DNA of 63,287 nt, the filler included, from Choristocarpus tenellus KU-1152 (taxonomy: Eukaryota; Protista; Phaeophyceae): assembly GCA_964200185.2 (NCBI GenBank). It is 9 parts of 9 records of this genome, joined end to end, with 100 filler letters (N's around TTAATTAATTAA, not from the genome) between each part and the next. Parts side by side here need not be neighbours in the genome. Positions count along the whole stretch, not along the records: positions 13,658 to 18,578 come from CAXNAD020012529.1; positions 18,679 to 23,190 come from CAXNAD020014217.1; positions 23,291 to 35,845 come from CAXNAD020001793.1; 6 more parts are not named here. One strand, given 5' to 3'. A program made the position numbers and the translations under genes. Positions 13,658 through 26,900 of this stretch are shown here, in pieces. Position 1 is the first letter of the stretch. Each line of letters begins with the position of its first letter. The notes below the pieces were generated by a model. It saw only the letters and a list, made by a program, of their open reading frames with translations, made no database searches and was not told where the DNA came from.

Positions 13658-14361
13658 CACTTTCCGCGCACCATTTCGGTCAAACCCATCCTCCATGAAA
13701 TGATCCATCCGCCATTATCATGATCCGCTGTTCTTACCCACCTGAACATAGCCACCCTTTTTTTTAAAAATATCAAAACAAGCACTGGGTTTGGATGTTG
13801 GCTTGTCATTGCTTGTCCACACACCCCACACAGATATTTGATCAACATATTCATAATTTTCTTCGCCAAGAGCGTTAATGAAGGCTATTGATTGGCTCTT
13901 GACAAGTTTTTCAAATAATTGATAAACAACAGCACTTTCCACGAAATGGGAATAGTTATTGGTGGTGGACATCAAGTTCACTTAAAAAAATTTTAGCCCC
14001 GAAACTAGAAACCCCTCAACATACATCAGGTCTCAATTGTCTCTTGGTGGCGTTAATATCTAAAATTGAATTGTTGTGGCTAACCCTATGATCTTCGTTA
14101 AGATTTGGGCGTAAGGTGGGTCATAGGAGTATTTTTGACGCCATTTAAGGGGTTGATCCATAATTATTGATTTACGAGTTAAATTGAAGGGTGAAGATGG
14201 TCAATAAATACCAAAGGTATCTGATTGGTCGACTTTATAACAAAGACCAAAAATAATATGCTTCTTAGTGGTTAGAGACTCGTATGGTTCTAGGTTTTTA
14301 CATAAAAAAGTAGTTGGGACTTACAAGATTAGAATTTTTGGATATCTATATTTTATTATTA

Positions 14362-15750
14362 TGCCCTCTAACATTTTGTAGATGTGTTAGGGGAACAACT
14401 AAATAAAACAAGTACCCCCCCTGTTTGGCTTGATTAAACACCTATGAGTTTGGAAGGGTGGTATGCCACACCCTGGGACAATGGTCTGGGAAGATAGGAT
14501 ATGTTTGTATACATTATCATTAAGGTCTATTTGGTGGAAAACGAATCTGTACTTCCCGCGCTCTATGGTCTTCCCCTCAGCCTGCAGGAACACCTTTCCC
14601 TTGGTCACCAAAGACGCATCTACATGCACTACTATTTGTCTACCCTCCTGCGTCTTGCGCGCTCCCTTTAATGTGTTGTTATCGCCTATGTGGTTCAACA
14701 CAACCTTGTACTGTGCGAAGAGACTCTGCCCGACCTTGTTATGGGTCTCAGTATCATGCTCATTGTATCCCTTCACCACAGTATAGACAAGTTCCTTTAT
14801 GTTGTCCGAGCGAAGGCACCTCACCCCACCCTGGTCTGCAGAGAGTGAAAGAATCCGAGGTCCAGAGTGTTCAAATCTGGTGACTGGGCAGGTTGCTTGA
14901 GCACACATATTGAGAAGCCTCTAGCAGTGGCCCAATCACTCACTGCTTTTCGGCAGATAGTGTATGTGGCCTTACATTATCCCGAAGGAAAACAATGTCC
15001 TGCTTTAACAGGCATGGGTGAGACACTAAAGCTGGTAAGACGTTCTCTGTGAGCATTTTCGCATGAAGCTCACCAGTCCTGTTGACAGTCTTTGTCTCAA
15101 TTGTACCTTGGGTGTGAACACAGGATCATCGTTTTGCTACAACTCGCTCTGTCAGTGGCCAAATGGCAATCTTCCCGTCCCATCAAGTTCCATCCTTCAA
15201 AACGCAGCCAGAAACATCACTTTGGAGTGTGTAATGCGAGGACACTTAGATGGTGCCTCCCCAGGCTTGATGTAACCCTGTGTCGTTCGGAAACCAGGTC
15301 AAACCATTTTTCATTGAGGTGGACACGGTCAAACATGGGCTCAAACACGTGCCCCATACCCCTTTTCAGGATGCTGCTCATGATAAAGGCCACCCTATCC
15401 ACCTTGTGTTGGTCGGAGAGGAAGGACTTGATGACTCTTTGATATGGTTTGACCCCCTGTTGAAACATTAGTAAGCCCCTGAGCTACCGAGCAGTTAGTC
15501 AGCTGACTAGCTCCTCGGTAGATCCAGGGATATAGTAATAATGTTCTAACCAATGCTACTGTCATGGGATTGAATCCCGGCATGGTTACATAGTTACACA
15601 TCCGTCAAAAGGCTAAGCACGCCGCCAAGATACACAACCTCACATTAGTAACTACCCTGTTGAAGTTGGTCACTGATTAGAGGAATAGTAACCATCGTGC
15701 GAACCTCATCAAGTCTAAACGCTTGCGATCCCCGGGATCAGCTTTTGTTG
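14362..15750 (-). mobile_element. Degenerate plant-type (DD39D-like) mariner transposase element
   Basis: IKSFLSDQHKVDRVAFI, RVHLNEKWF, VVLNHIGDNN. A TA plus TGCCCTCTAACATTTTGTAGATGTGTTAGG terminus lies at 14360-14392. Confidence 0.7.
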
Positions 15751-15756
15751 AAACAT

Positions 15757-15760
<4 letters not shown>

Positions 15761-15794
<34 letters not shown>
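15761..15794. repeat. (TA)n microsatellite
   Basis: Direct reading. Confidence 0.95.
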
Positions 15795-15798
<4 letters not shown>

Positions 15799-16869
15799 CT
15801 CATAGGACAGACATTTGAATGAAACATCACTGTCTAGTAAGCATGTGATTTGCAAGCTATGAAGGTGATGTCGCATCGGGTTCTTGACTGCTGAATCCGT
15901 CTTCCAGGGTGCCTATATGTAGACCTGAAGGGTATACATTAGGTCGACAATTATTGCTTTATTCAAAGTATCATCTAGTTGATACAAGCCGTTCACCATT
16001 TCACACACTCCGTAAACCATGTTTTTCATCAATGATCTTTGAGACAAGATTACGCCTGCTGTCAGCCAGAATCAAGCATATTATCGATGGTGACCAAGGC
16101 CTCGAAAGGGCTATGCCCTTCTTGTCATCGCTTCGACTCAAGACCTCAAATCCAACCAAGACCCTTACCTATGTTATCAAGATCCAGACTCAACATGTAA
16201 TCTACCACTTAAACGAAATCTTCTCCTGCACTTTCAAATGGATAACAAATATAAGCAGAAGTCAGACCTGATCTGGGACCTGAACTATTTGACGATCAAC
16301 CTTGGACTCAAAGTTTTTTATAACCACTTATCGAAATAGGGTCTTACGAAAGACTGAAATTATTTTTCGTTACAGGTACAACAATTGTTGTTACTGGTCT
16401 TGTAGCCTGGTCAATCCCATACCTCTCTTGACAATTAGTTCCTTGTCTGCATTGAAGTATTGCATGAGGTACATACTCCATTCTTTATAATATTGCGCAA
16501 TACAGGTAGAATAATGTCAATATATTATTCTGTGGGTTCCACGTTTTCAACAAATGGCAGCAGACGATCACAGCTAAGCCTGTAAGTATGCATCTCGTTC
16601 ACATTTTGTGAGAAAATCCTTTCTCCGAAATTTCAAAGGCTGATTTTGCCCCTTGGGATACCATGGGAGAGGGGGAGGGGGGGGTGATTGATTTCGAATT
16701 TTGAGTCCTTGGAGACCCTTCCTTACCTGTACTATTTCATCTGCGTTGATGTACAACCAAAACACATACAATTGACTATGTAATTGGTGGATAGAACAGA
16801 GAAATCGATATTTGCAAACAGGTATCTGAGAGGACAATCAAGAAGTAACCTCAACAGGCATGGTAACTG

Positions 16870-17110
16870 CATACACATATGAGCACACCCACATGTTGCA
16901 ATGTGGAAGAGTTCATCACTGAGGATCACTCTATGTATGCTCTCAAACCGCTGCTAGGAAAGCAGAACCTCCTGCAGTGAGGATGGTGCTTGCAGCAGCA
17001 TTTGGCGTTCACCTCTGCACATAGAACATGGTATGGGATAAGGTTGCAGATCAACTTGCCAAGGGTCACATCCTCCAGGATAATAGTGATCCTAGGTCAA
17101 AGAGGCAGCT
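16870..17110 (+). mobile_element. Mariner transposase N-terminal fragment
   Basis: VWDKVADQLAKGHIL matches IWEDVADQLARGHVL in the 54.9-kb mariner. Confidence 0.5.
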
Positions 17111-18444
17111 CAAACAGCGTGTGCAGGTCATAAGGATACGGTCAAGTCAAATCAGCATCTCTGTACACACACTCCAATGCCATACACCACTTAGTCCGCC
17201 CACTTGATAGGCAGGTGCAGGCATTGGTCGCTTAACCAGCACATATTGTGTGCAGTGAGCGATACGGGGGCATGGGCAAGCGTTCCTGACTCCGTACTGC
17301 CCATAGTCAGGACCAATAGGTGCAAAGAGTCAACTTGTCCACAACCACACAGTCAGGCAGGCAGTGGGACACATTCAACATGTTGAATATCATGGAACAC
17401 TTTGGACTGGGTGATCAATGGAACCAATGAAAACGGTGAGACTGTATGGAACAATGTCAACACTAGTGAAGATTACAAACCTGCTATTATATTTTCCATC
17501 CGATCTTTTTATCAGAAAAAGCTACAATAAATAGGACCCAGCCTTCTGGGACAGAAGCTATACGAAACGCCTGCTTGACAACTTCCAACCGTCGTGCAAC
17601 ATAAATAATAAATATGGTCAAGTTTGCATGGTCCCCCACGGGTGCCTCTCATTCTGTTCTATCATAACACACTCCGTATTGACTTTGCTCTCTTCCATTC
17701 CTCCCATCCACAATATTGGCATGAAGCAGAGCAAGGTCACAGCCTTGATTAACCACAACAACAGGGCATGTGGTACACTTTGCCAGACCATCACCTACAG
17801 GCTGCCAGTCTACATGTATTCTGAAGTTCCACTCACACAGTGCTACAAAAAACAAACCTTCAATCACCACCCCTATCACCAAGCCTTACTACATACACGG
17901 GCGCTTGCCCTACTTGCACACATCCTCAGAAGCCCTCGAAGCGTTTTTGCTGTCCAGTAAATGGCACTATCTTTTCCTCCTCTGATACTGGGTCGAAGTT
18001 GGATGTGTCCATCATGTCACGCACCTATGGAAGGGTTGATCAAATTGGCTTTATAAAGCCAAGACACAGCAACAAAGACTAGAAAGAGGCGGTTTTATTT
18101 CCATTAATCCTACAAGTGCAACACTACCGCTGTGCAAATGATTTCATCACCAAAGGAAAGAGACCAAGGCAATACTCAACATTACAGAAGGTGGACTATC
18201 AGAGCCAACAACACGAAGAAATAACCTGGCATCACTTCATACAATAATACAATAATACAAAAATATGTTGAGGCAGGAGCTGAGAATGATATCATATCAC
18301 ACATATTTCCCCTCTTTCCCCTCTTGAACCACAATGACAATCAAATAAAAAACGGCCAATGTTGGTCATTAGAGCACTACAACTCTGCAAAAAACCCATC
18401 AACGATATTATGAAGGGTGCATTGTACACCAGTAGCAACAAGCT

Positions 18445-18564
18445 TCACGTCGCCATACTGTCTTCCCCACCTCCTGTTCTGGAGTCCGCAAAGAATTTCA
18501 GATTCCCTGCTTGATTTGAGGGGTCGTGTCCAATTGCCCCCCCCCCACCCCACCCCCCCTGATC
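18445..18564 (-). CDS. Possible terminal exon of an unidentified gene
   Basis: A TAG acceptor is followed by 39 codons (DQGGWGGGGAIGHDPSNQAGNLKFFADSRTGGGEDSMAT*) at a contig end. No recognisable motif. Confidence 0.25.
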   Translation of the reverse strand, partial: DQGGWGGGGAIGHDPSNQAGNLKFFADSRTGGGEDSMAT

Positions 18565-19368
18565 CTACAGCTAGTCATNNNNNNNNNNNNNNNNNNNNNN
18601 NNNNNNNNNNNNNNNNNNNNNNTTAATTAATTAANNNNNNNNNNNNNNNNNNNNNNNNNNNNNNNNNNNNNNNNNNNNCCCCCCCAGATACTTAGAGCCT
18701 AATGCCCAGTTTTCCTCAGCAATTGAGATATACATTGCTAGCATAGAATGCAACGTAGCATGTACTCTCTCTAACACAGAATTTCCTTGGGGGTGATACG
18801 GTGTGGTTTTGGTTTTCTTGTAACCAAAGACAGACTGCAACTCTGCAACATTACTGTTTTTAAATTTGATACCTTGACTGGAGTGTAACAGAGCTCAGGT
18901 GGGTCAAAAATTGAAAATACACGTTCTACAAGCGTACAAGCAAATGTTGCAGCCTCTTTATTTGGAACAGAGCTCAGCACAACCAAATGAGTGCGGTGAT
19001 CAATAGCAGACAATATATACGAGCATATCACACCATTTTGGTGCTGGGAACGTATTTTGTACTCTACCAAATCAATAGCAACACGTTGAAATGGTCTGCC
19101 AACAGGCATATGGACATTGGGAGGCGTAGCTTTGCTATGAGCAGTCCTATGCACTTGGCATGCTTGACAATCACAATCCCATGTACGAACGCCGATATTG
19201 AATGTTGACAACCAATACAGGTCTCTAACCTTATCGAACGTGGGTTTGAAACCTAAGTGGCCTTCAGACAATGCATGGTCATTGCAAGCATGGAGTTCAA
19301 GACTGAAGAACGAGGAATGACCAACTGGTCTCTAAACGTGCTCCTCTAATGAAGATGGCCTGGTAAAG

Positions 19369-19627
19369 TAGTGAAAGTATCTTGGAGGGTACGCGTTTTG
19401 CCCTGTTCGTCCATTTGGGGTTTGGCTTCCCACAGGTTTATAATGACATTTTATCTGTTCCGAAAAATTTCGGAGTAGGTAAAATGTATACTTTATAAAA
19501 AGTTATGCCTGGAATGACGATATTGACGCTTCCTAGCAAACATGATAACCAAAATTACATCAAAATCGCAACACTGGATTTTGGTCCCCAAACGGACAGA
19601 ACTCTACCCTCTACGATACTTTGACTC
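19369..19627 (+). mobile_element. MITE family A inside Gypsy pol
   Basis: Both TIRs present; TSD AAAG/AAAT. Removal restores LLYCSYLPGHL. Confidence 0.9.
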
Positions 19628-20915
19628 AAATAAGAACAATACAGTAAGCCATTACAAAGGAAAAAATACCACATAGACATTGTTGATTCCTTATCAGGTG
19701 GTGACGCGACATTGAGGGACTGCAAATACCTGAAATATGGTCCGAACTCGGATTCCTGCTCCTTGCACAATTGCTCCGGGTCCACTGCAGGAAACACAGT
19801 AGTGGAACTAGTTCACGATCACTTTGGACGGGCATTGCTTGGTCAAGGTTAGTAGCAGATAACTCATCTTCCTTTTCAACACATGTGGTAAATGCACGAC
19901 TACCTTTTAGGCACATTACTACAGATGGCGGCCAACATTGGAGCAACGGATTTCTCCTGTTGTTCAAACTTGAAAATACGAGATAGAGTGTCATCAGGTA
20001 TGACATTTAGCTTACCAGACTCGTGTTTTTCAGTGAAATCACGAGCTTGAAGTGCAATAACCCAACGAGTAAGTATGTTACCGGTATCTTGCATTCTATA
20101 CACGTAACACAATGCAGCATGACCTGTGATGCAGGTAAAGTGTCTACCCCAACGGTACGGTCACCAAAGAGTGATAGCCGTAACAACTACTGCGTTACAC
20201 TCTCTTAATGTAGCTGAATATTGACATTGGGCTTCATTATATTTCTTGCTGAAATAAGCAATGATACCTAGGTCTGCAGGATTATCGGATCGAGGTTGTG
20301 CTAAAAAACCTCAAACACCACTCTCACTGGCATCAACATAGACAATGAATTCTTTGGTAAAGTAAGGAAATACAAGAACCCGGGCTGCAGTGAGTAATTG
20401 TTGTACTTTAAAAAATGTCATGTCCTGGTCCAATCCCCATTCTTGATCAACGTTCTTACTGAAACCTTTTTTAGTGAGACGAACTAATGGTTCGATTACT
20501 GTGGCTAAGTTGGGTATGGATTTACGCACAAAATTAATCATACCTAGGAGAGATCGAAGTTCTTTGGTGGTGGTAGATTTGGGTAACTCAATGATTGCAC
20601 GATCCCGATCTTCACCGATTCGAATCCCTTTCGATGACAAAACGTGACCCAGATAAATACTTCTTTAGGTCCAAATTGGATCTTTGATTGTTCCAAGGTT
20701 AAACCTGCTGCTTGCAAAGCTTGGAATTGCTGCTCTAGTAAGTGTAGATGTCCATCCCATGTGTGAGAACAAGCAATCAAATCATCCATGTAAACTAGCA
20801 AACCACTCATCGGTCCAAAATCTGCAAAGGCTAACGATATGTTTCTTCGAAATTGTCAGGGAGCTTTTGATATCCCAAATGGCATCCTCTTGAAAACATA
20901 TTTGCCTCTGGAAGT

Positions 20916-21174
20916 GAGTGAAAGTATCTTAGAGGGTAGGAGTTTTGCCCTGTTTGTTCGTTTGGGGCTTGGGTTCCCATGGGTTTTTAATGACACTTTA
21001 CCTTTTCCGAAATGTTTCGGAGTAGGTAGAATGTATACATTATGAAAAGGTGTGTCCGGAACAAGGATATTGACACTTCCTGACAAACACGATAGTCAAA
21101 ATTACATCAAAATCGCAACATTGGATTTTGGCCCCCAAACGGACGCGACTCTACCCTCTAAGATACTTTGACTC
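20916..21174 (+). mobile_element. MITE family A inside Gypsy RT
   Basis: 259 bp with a perfect AAGT TSD. Removal restores DKTAFDTSRGKYVF. Confidence 0.95.
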
Positions 21175-22494
21175 AAGTATCAAAAGCAGTTTTATCAACA
21201 TCATCTTCAGCAACAGGAATTGCGAATATGCACTCTAAATATCACAACGGTGACGAATTTGGCACCACTCACGGTATCAATATGAGACTCCATATCAGGC
21301 ATAGGCCAAGCCTGTCGAACAAGGTGTTTGTTAACAGTCGACCTATAGTCTACACAGAAACGTGGGGAGCCATCAGATTTGGCCACAATGGTAACAGGAC
21401 TATCCCAAGGGCTGGCACGTTTTTCAATGATGCCTCCCTCTTCCATAGTGTTAACACACGTGTCAATTTCTTGTTGAGTACAGGGGTTTGCTCTGTACGG
21501 GTTCCTATCAACAGGCTTGATACCAGGCTCTATAGGAATTTCTGCTTCAGCTAGAGTACATCTACCCAGTTCTGCTGCATTCAACAAAATACCAATCTAT
21601 AACAAGCACAGAGGTCTAAAAGTTTAGACACTTGTGACTGATTGAATGTGGTATTTTGAATGCATTTGTCGTACTGAAAGCTTGATGTAACTCCTCCCAA
21701 GCTTCATTGAATGAGGCTGAATCGGTATTTAGAGCACGAATAGTGAGTGGTATTTGATCGGAAATTGGGATTAAATAACCAATCACAAGATGTTTCTTGG
21801 TATGGACCTTTCGTGCAGTTGGGTTTTCCAATTGAACCAGTACTGGTCTATTACTTACTGATCAAGTATTGAGAGTGCAAGCAGCTACGATACGATTTCA
21901 TGGATGTGTAGGTTCATTGGTTTGATCCACATCAGGCATAGAATGTATGACTGGCTCCACTACAACGGCAGTATCAAGAGACGGGCTAGCAGCAGTTGTG
22001 CAACATTCAGTGATTTCATGACCAGCTGGTATGTAGTATGGTCTATGTACAGAGACTGGTATAGGGCGAAAATTGTGTTGCACACTCACCACAGAACACG
22101 AAGGAGTAGTACTTGTATCATGTACATGTTGTGTGAGGCTCCTTGTCATGTGATGTCTTGCTGGAATGGTTCACAGGCTGTTGTGGAATGAGAGATGTTG
22201 CTCTTGCCAAACAAGGACAACGAAGGCCTGCATGATACTGTTATCTATGATACTGTTATCAAGCAGAGTTTTATCGGGACCAAGTTGGGGAATCACTGAA
22301 TTTTCAACAGGAAATGTGGTGTCACCAAGTGGTAGTGCAAAACGAATAAATCCACGAATATGCAAGGGTGAACCATTTTGAGTACATAGATCTATGGCAC
22401 CAGGTGGGGCAGGGTGCACATCAAAGTGTTGTAGTTGAGAGTGATTGCGAACAAATATCTCTAAAATACGCGGCACATCACTTGCTGTGTCAAT

Positions 22495-22670
22495 GACCCA
22501 AAGTATCTGGGGGGAAAGGGGGGTCTACTCCAGGTTGTTCGTTTGGACCAAAATCAGGAAAAGTGCATTTACATTATCCAACGTATGTAACCAAATCACC
22601 CAAAAATCACGACGTGAAATAAATGACCCCAAATGGACAGCCGCCACCCCCCCCCCAGATACTTTGAGTC
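22495..22670. mobile_element. MITE family G inside Gypsy protease active-site codons
   Basis: Inverted termini; CAATG on both sides; homologous to 12762-12940 in reverse. Further partial ends at 18679-18698, 35784-35845 and 45390-45494. Confidence 0.88.
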
Positions 22671-22935
22671 AATGGTTGAGTCATTTCCCTCTTGTTCTTC
22701 AACGGTGTCTGATACGCAAACCCTTTGTGACGAAAAAGATAAACGTTTTGGCGTAGGTGGGTATCTCCATAAAGAAAAGTTAAAGCAAGTTTGATTCTTG
22801 TCATACCAGTTTGGTTGAACTAAGGGCAAAGAAGAATGCTTAGTGACACGTGTACAGGCAATAAACAATGCCTGAGGAGCAAGTGGTATAACTGGTGTCA
22901 GTCTCCGACGCTTGCCACTCCCTACGATGGTATCA

Positions 22936-23190
22936 GAGCGAAAATATCTTAGAGGGTACGAGTTTTACCCTGTTTGTCTATTTGGAGCTTGGCTCCTTAT
23001 GGATTCTTTTTGGCGTTTTCCTACTCCAAAATGCGTCGGAGTAGGTAAAATGTAAACGTTATGAACAGGTGTGTCCAGAACAAGGATATTGACACTTCCT
23101 AAGAAATACGATGGCCAAAATTACATCGAAATCGCAACATTGGATTTTGGCCCCCAAATGGACGCGGCTATACCCTCTAAAATACTTTGG
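22936..23190 (+). mobile_element. MITE family A at contig end
   Basis: Both TIR cores present; the last bases are lost in the spacer. Confidence 0.9.
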
Positions 23191-23971
23191 NNNNNNNNNN
23201 NNNNNNNNNNNNNNNNNNNNNNNNNNNNNNNNNNTTAATTAATTAANNNNNNNNNNNNNNNNNNNNNNNNNNNNNNNNNNNNNNNNNNNNGTGTTCCGGT
23301 CTAAGCTGACGTGGTTGTTGGGATGGGTGGGGGTTGGGGTCCCTGGTGGGGGAGGATGGCCTTCGAAGCCCCGTAATATCTCTTATCACCTCCTCTCCTG
23401 CCTCCTCCTCCTCGTAGCTGTGTAGGGGTGAGTCCCTCTCCCTGCTGCCATCGTTGTGTGCCTCTACCACCTCTCCGACCCCATCCCCTTGGGTGCTCGT
23501 TCCATTTTCCGTCCGGGCTACGCCATCCTGTAGAGTCGAAACATGTCTACCTATTCCCGAAGAGGAGTGATGTACTCTGCTTATCTTCCCCCCTTGCCCG
23601 TCCCTATCTCGTGAGCCTCCGTTCCCATCCTCGATCACCTCCACCTCATCCCCATGTGGGCCCATTCCGTTCTCTGTCCTTCTCCATTCTGCGAAATCGA
23701 GACCTGGGTATCTATTCCTAGACTGGGTTAATCCTTCCACTTATATTCGGTCCTTGCCCTTGCCTGTCTCGTGTAACATCGTCGCCTTCCTCCATCACCT
23801 CCACAACCCCGTCCCCTCCTCAGTTCAGAGTGTTTTTTTTATTTTTTCTACTATCCTGTGATACCGAGAACATGTTCTAAAATATGCTTGAAAATCTGCC
23901 GATGAAACGTTTTCAAGATGACACACCACTAGAATTGTACACTCATTCAACAACATTGATAGATCGACAAG

Positions 23972-26900
23972 ATGGGCGCTGGGGCTTCTCTCTTCTCAAG
24001 GAGGGGGAAGGGTAAATTGCACGAGGAGGATCCACCACTACTAGAAGAAGTAAATCCAGAGGCTGAGTTGCACGTGAGGCGTCAGAACCAATTGGGCATA
24101 CTGCCCATATCCATTCTTCCCAATGAACATATCAACATTATTCACAAAGAAGGGTCCTTGAAAGACTACACATGAAGAGAAGCTGCCAATATAAGGGTTA
24201 GGATAAGGCAGCCAGTCATGGGAGGGAAGGCAAGCAGAACAGCTTCAGATCATCAGCAGATTTCATGTGTCTATAGATATGTCAAGCAAACCATCGACAC
24301 CTTACTCTTCCGACATGAGGAATTAACACCCCTCTAACTCCACGATTGTCTAACTATGACAAGAAAGAATCGCTTCCCTAACTTGGCACGTCACGCAATG
24401 CAATATTCACCAATTGCATCCTAAGGGCACTTTGCCTGCCGACGGTGTTTTTCTATAGGCAAGCCCCGTAGAAGCAGACGATGAGACAGAAGTATTGGAA
24501 GAGATAGAGACCGTCCTGCTCAGGCTAGCTCAGGTTCACCATGCTCAGACGCCCGACCGCTGGGAACAAATCACAAAGAAAATAAATAAAACGATTAAGA
24601 ATAAGCATATCGACACAAGACCTCTCAAGATGGTGCTCGAGAAAGAAGGAATTGTTGTGCCTCAGTGCTGGGTTGCCGAGGTGGTCAAAGAGGAGGCCAA
24701 ACTTAAGGTGGAGAGGAGAAAAGATCATCCAGATAATCCGAAGAAAGCTATCAAGGGAGTTGTTCAGGGGAAACTATTCGGGGGCTCGACCACAAAGGGA
24801 GAGTCTGACGCAGAGTCCGAGTCTGAAACAGAGGAAGTGGGCTACGGTCTGAAAGCCGCACGCAATCAATCCAATGAAGATGTAGATTTCTTACCTCTTT
24901 CTAAGCACGAAGTGTTTTCTATTATGAAGCTACTGCACAAGATTGCTGGCCCGCGAGTCTTGGAAGAAGATGATATCAAGATTGCCGTCGAAGGGGCAAT
25001 GAAAGCGATCGATGAACTATATAGTGACCTTCCGGCCAATGTCGTCAGGGGCCTGTCACAAGAGGCTCGTATCAGAGAAGGGCTTGGGCAAGACACACTT
25101 GTGTACGGAGAGATCAACACTTATAATTTCCTTGAGGTAGGGAAGTTGATAGGCTGCACACATTGAACCATGTATCTTCAGAATTCTGAAATGACCAACC
25201 TTACAACGCACAATACATGCTCATTCCACCAATAGCAGCCATAATAAATGACCTATCAATTTACCCTCTTGTAAATACTCACCGTTTCATTTCACAACCT
25301 CATCACAGAAATTCCAAGACTTTTCCTCAGAATTTCTTGTTCAAAATGGCGAATTGCATGCTTGGTTAAATGTTCTGGGTAGGTCCTTGTAAAACTGAGG
25401 CAAGTGCATGGGCACATGATGTCTCCAGGTGGGTGTTTTTACGATCTCGGTGCTGGAGTAGGGAAGACCGTTTTCGCTGCAGCATTAATGCACAACTTTG
25501 AGGTGAGTATTGCATCTGTTATTGTTGAGACGTGTGCCATATGGGAACACTGTATTGGGGGGTGACAATATCATCCCCACATCCTCATATCATTTTTTCC
25601 GCTTGAACACTGCATTCAAGATCGTATTCCTAACTGTATTTTCTTAGACAAGTCACTGGTCACCCTATACATATCCCTCTGGCATGTGTCCTTCTGAGTC
25701 TTGTTACGGTATTGAAGTGCTAGGCGATATACGAGACAAAGCAAGGATGACTCTCAAAAAGTGGAGGAATTACGAGGTAAGCTACCCCCACATACCTCAT
25801 TGCCACAATTGTTCGCAGCAGGAAATTTGCTTGGCCTACTATGCCAGAATTATTCGGTGCAGCAGAAATCGACTGTAGACTAGGAACCTGGATGATATAG
25901 GTACAGATATAGGGATGAGTCAAAGCAAACGAAAGGTACCCAGAGTTGCATTTTAAGGATGCTGACAAATATATGCAAAAGTCGACTCTTTTTACCAGTG
26001 TGTATAGATATTTTCTGTATTGTGTCGAAATTTTTTCGAACAATAAAGAAATAAACGCTCTCAAAATAAACTTACAACTCCATAGGTATGGGTGAATTGC
26101 AAATATTGGAAAATAGACTTAAAATGCACAACAGCCAAAACCCGAGTACCTCTCATTTACTTTGGCTCAATGAGGCTTGGTGGGGGAACATAATTAAAAC
26201 ATCTGGGGATGAGTGCTTCACGATGTAGTAGGCATGTCTTCCAAAAGGTATGTAGGAGAAAGACACCCAGTTACATGTAATATTGGTCTTGCCAGTACAT
26301 GAACGAAAAATCGATCCCTAAAACGGCACATTGCTGTTGGGGTATACCATACTGTGCATTACTCATTCTACAGGAAGCCAAGCAACCTATGCACAAGGCA
26401 AATACTCGCGTGGATTTCATGTTCGCAGATGCTTTGAAGAAGAATGGATGGGTCAAGGAGGCAACAATACTCTTCGTCCACACAAATTTTTCTGCTGTTG
26501 ATACACAAGAACTGAGACGGCTGGCTGGTAGAATGCAGGTGAAATCAACAGAACCAATAGGCTTTTGTACAGATCCACACAGCGCTTCTGAGCGAAGTTG
26601 CATAGGTCAACAAACATGAAACAGAAACGTGTTTTCACAAGCAGGACAAAGTGAGGGTACTTGGGCACAGTCGAAAGCTAGCTGTTTGTTGTCCTAGGCT
26701 CTTTGTTGTTATGTTGGAGGTGCAATAAGAGCCAAAGTATCTTAGAGGGTAGAGGGTTTAGGGTTAGGGTTAGGGTTAGACTTCACTCATAAGATGTACC
26801 TTGGTGATACACTCAAAATCAACCATCTACCAGCCCCATCACCTGAGGCAATACAAGACCAAATCTGGGCATACTGCCATCGTGTGCTGTGACAGTAAAC

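Larger units (their letters stand above)
18679..22930 (-). mobile_element. Degenerate Ty3/Gypsy LTR retrotransposon pol (PR-RT-RNaseH-INT)
   Basis: Protease IDTAS; RT PWDSPVTIV, RFCVDYR, RMPFG, YMDD; RNase H FIVYVDAS; integrase HLG, PFQRVAIDLV, TPYHPQGNSVLER. Domain order is Gypsy. Many stops, frameshifts and MITE insertions. Confidence 0.93.

Noticed and set aside
15909-16271. Possible integrase fragment (IKHIIDGDQG)
   Set aside because: Single weak motif with no supporting domains.
20916-21174. MITEs acting as introner-like spliceable elements
   Set aside because: No copy coincides with GT-AG boundaries of an intact gene. They sit inside long introns, dead TEs or a pseudogene.
23291-23820. 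165-aa minus-strand ORF with degenerate internal repeats upstream of the DOT1-like gene
   Set aside because: Frameshifts and stops occur in the third unit and it is truncated by a spacer. It is probably a repeat fragment with no assignable product.
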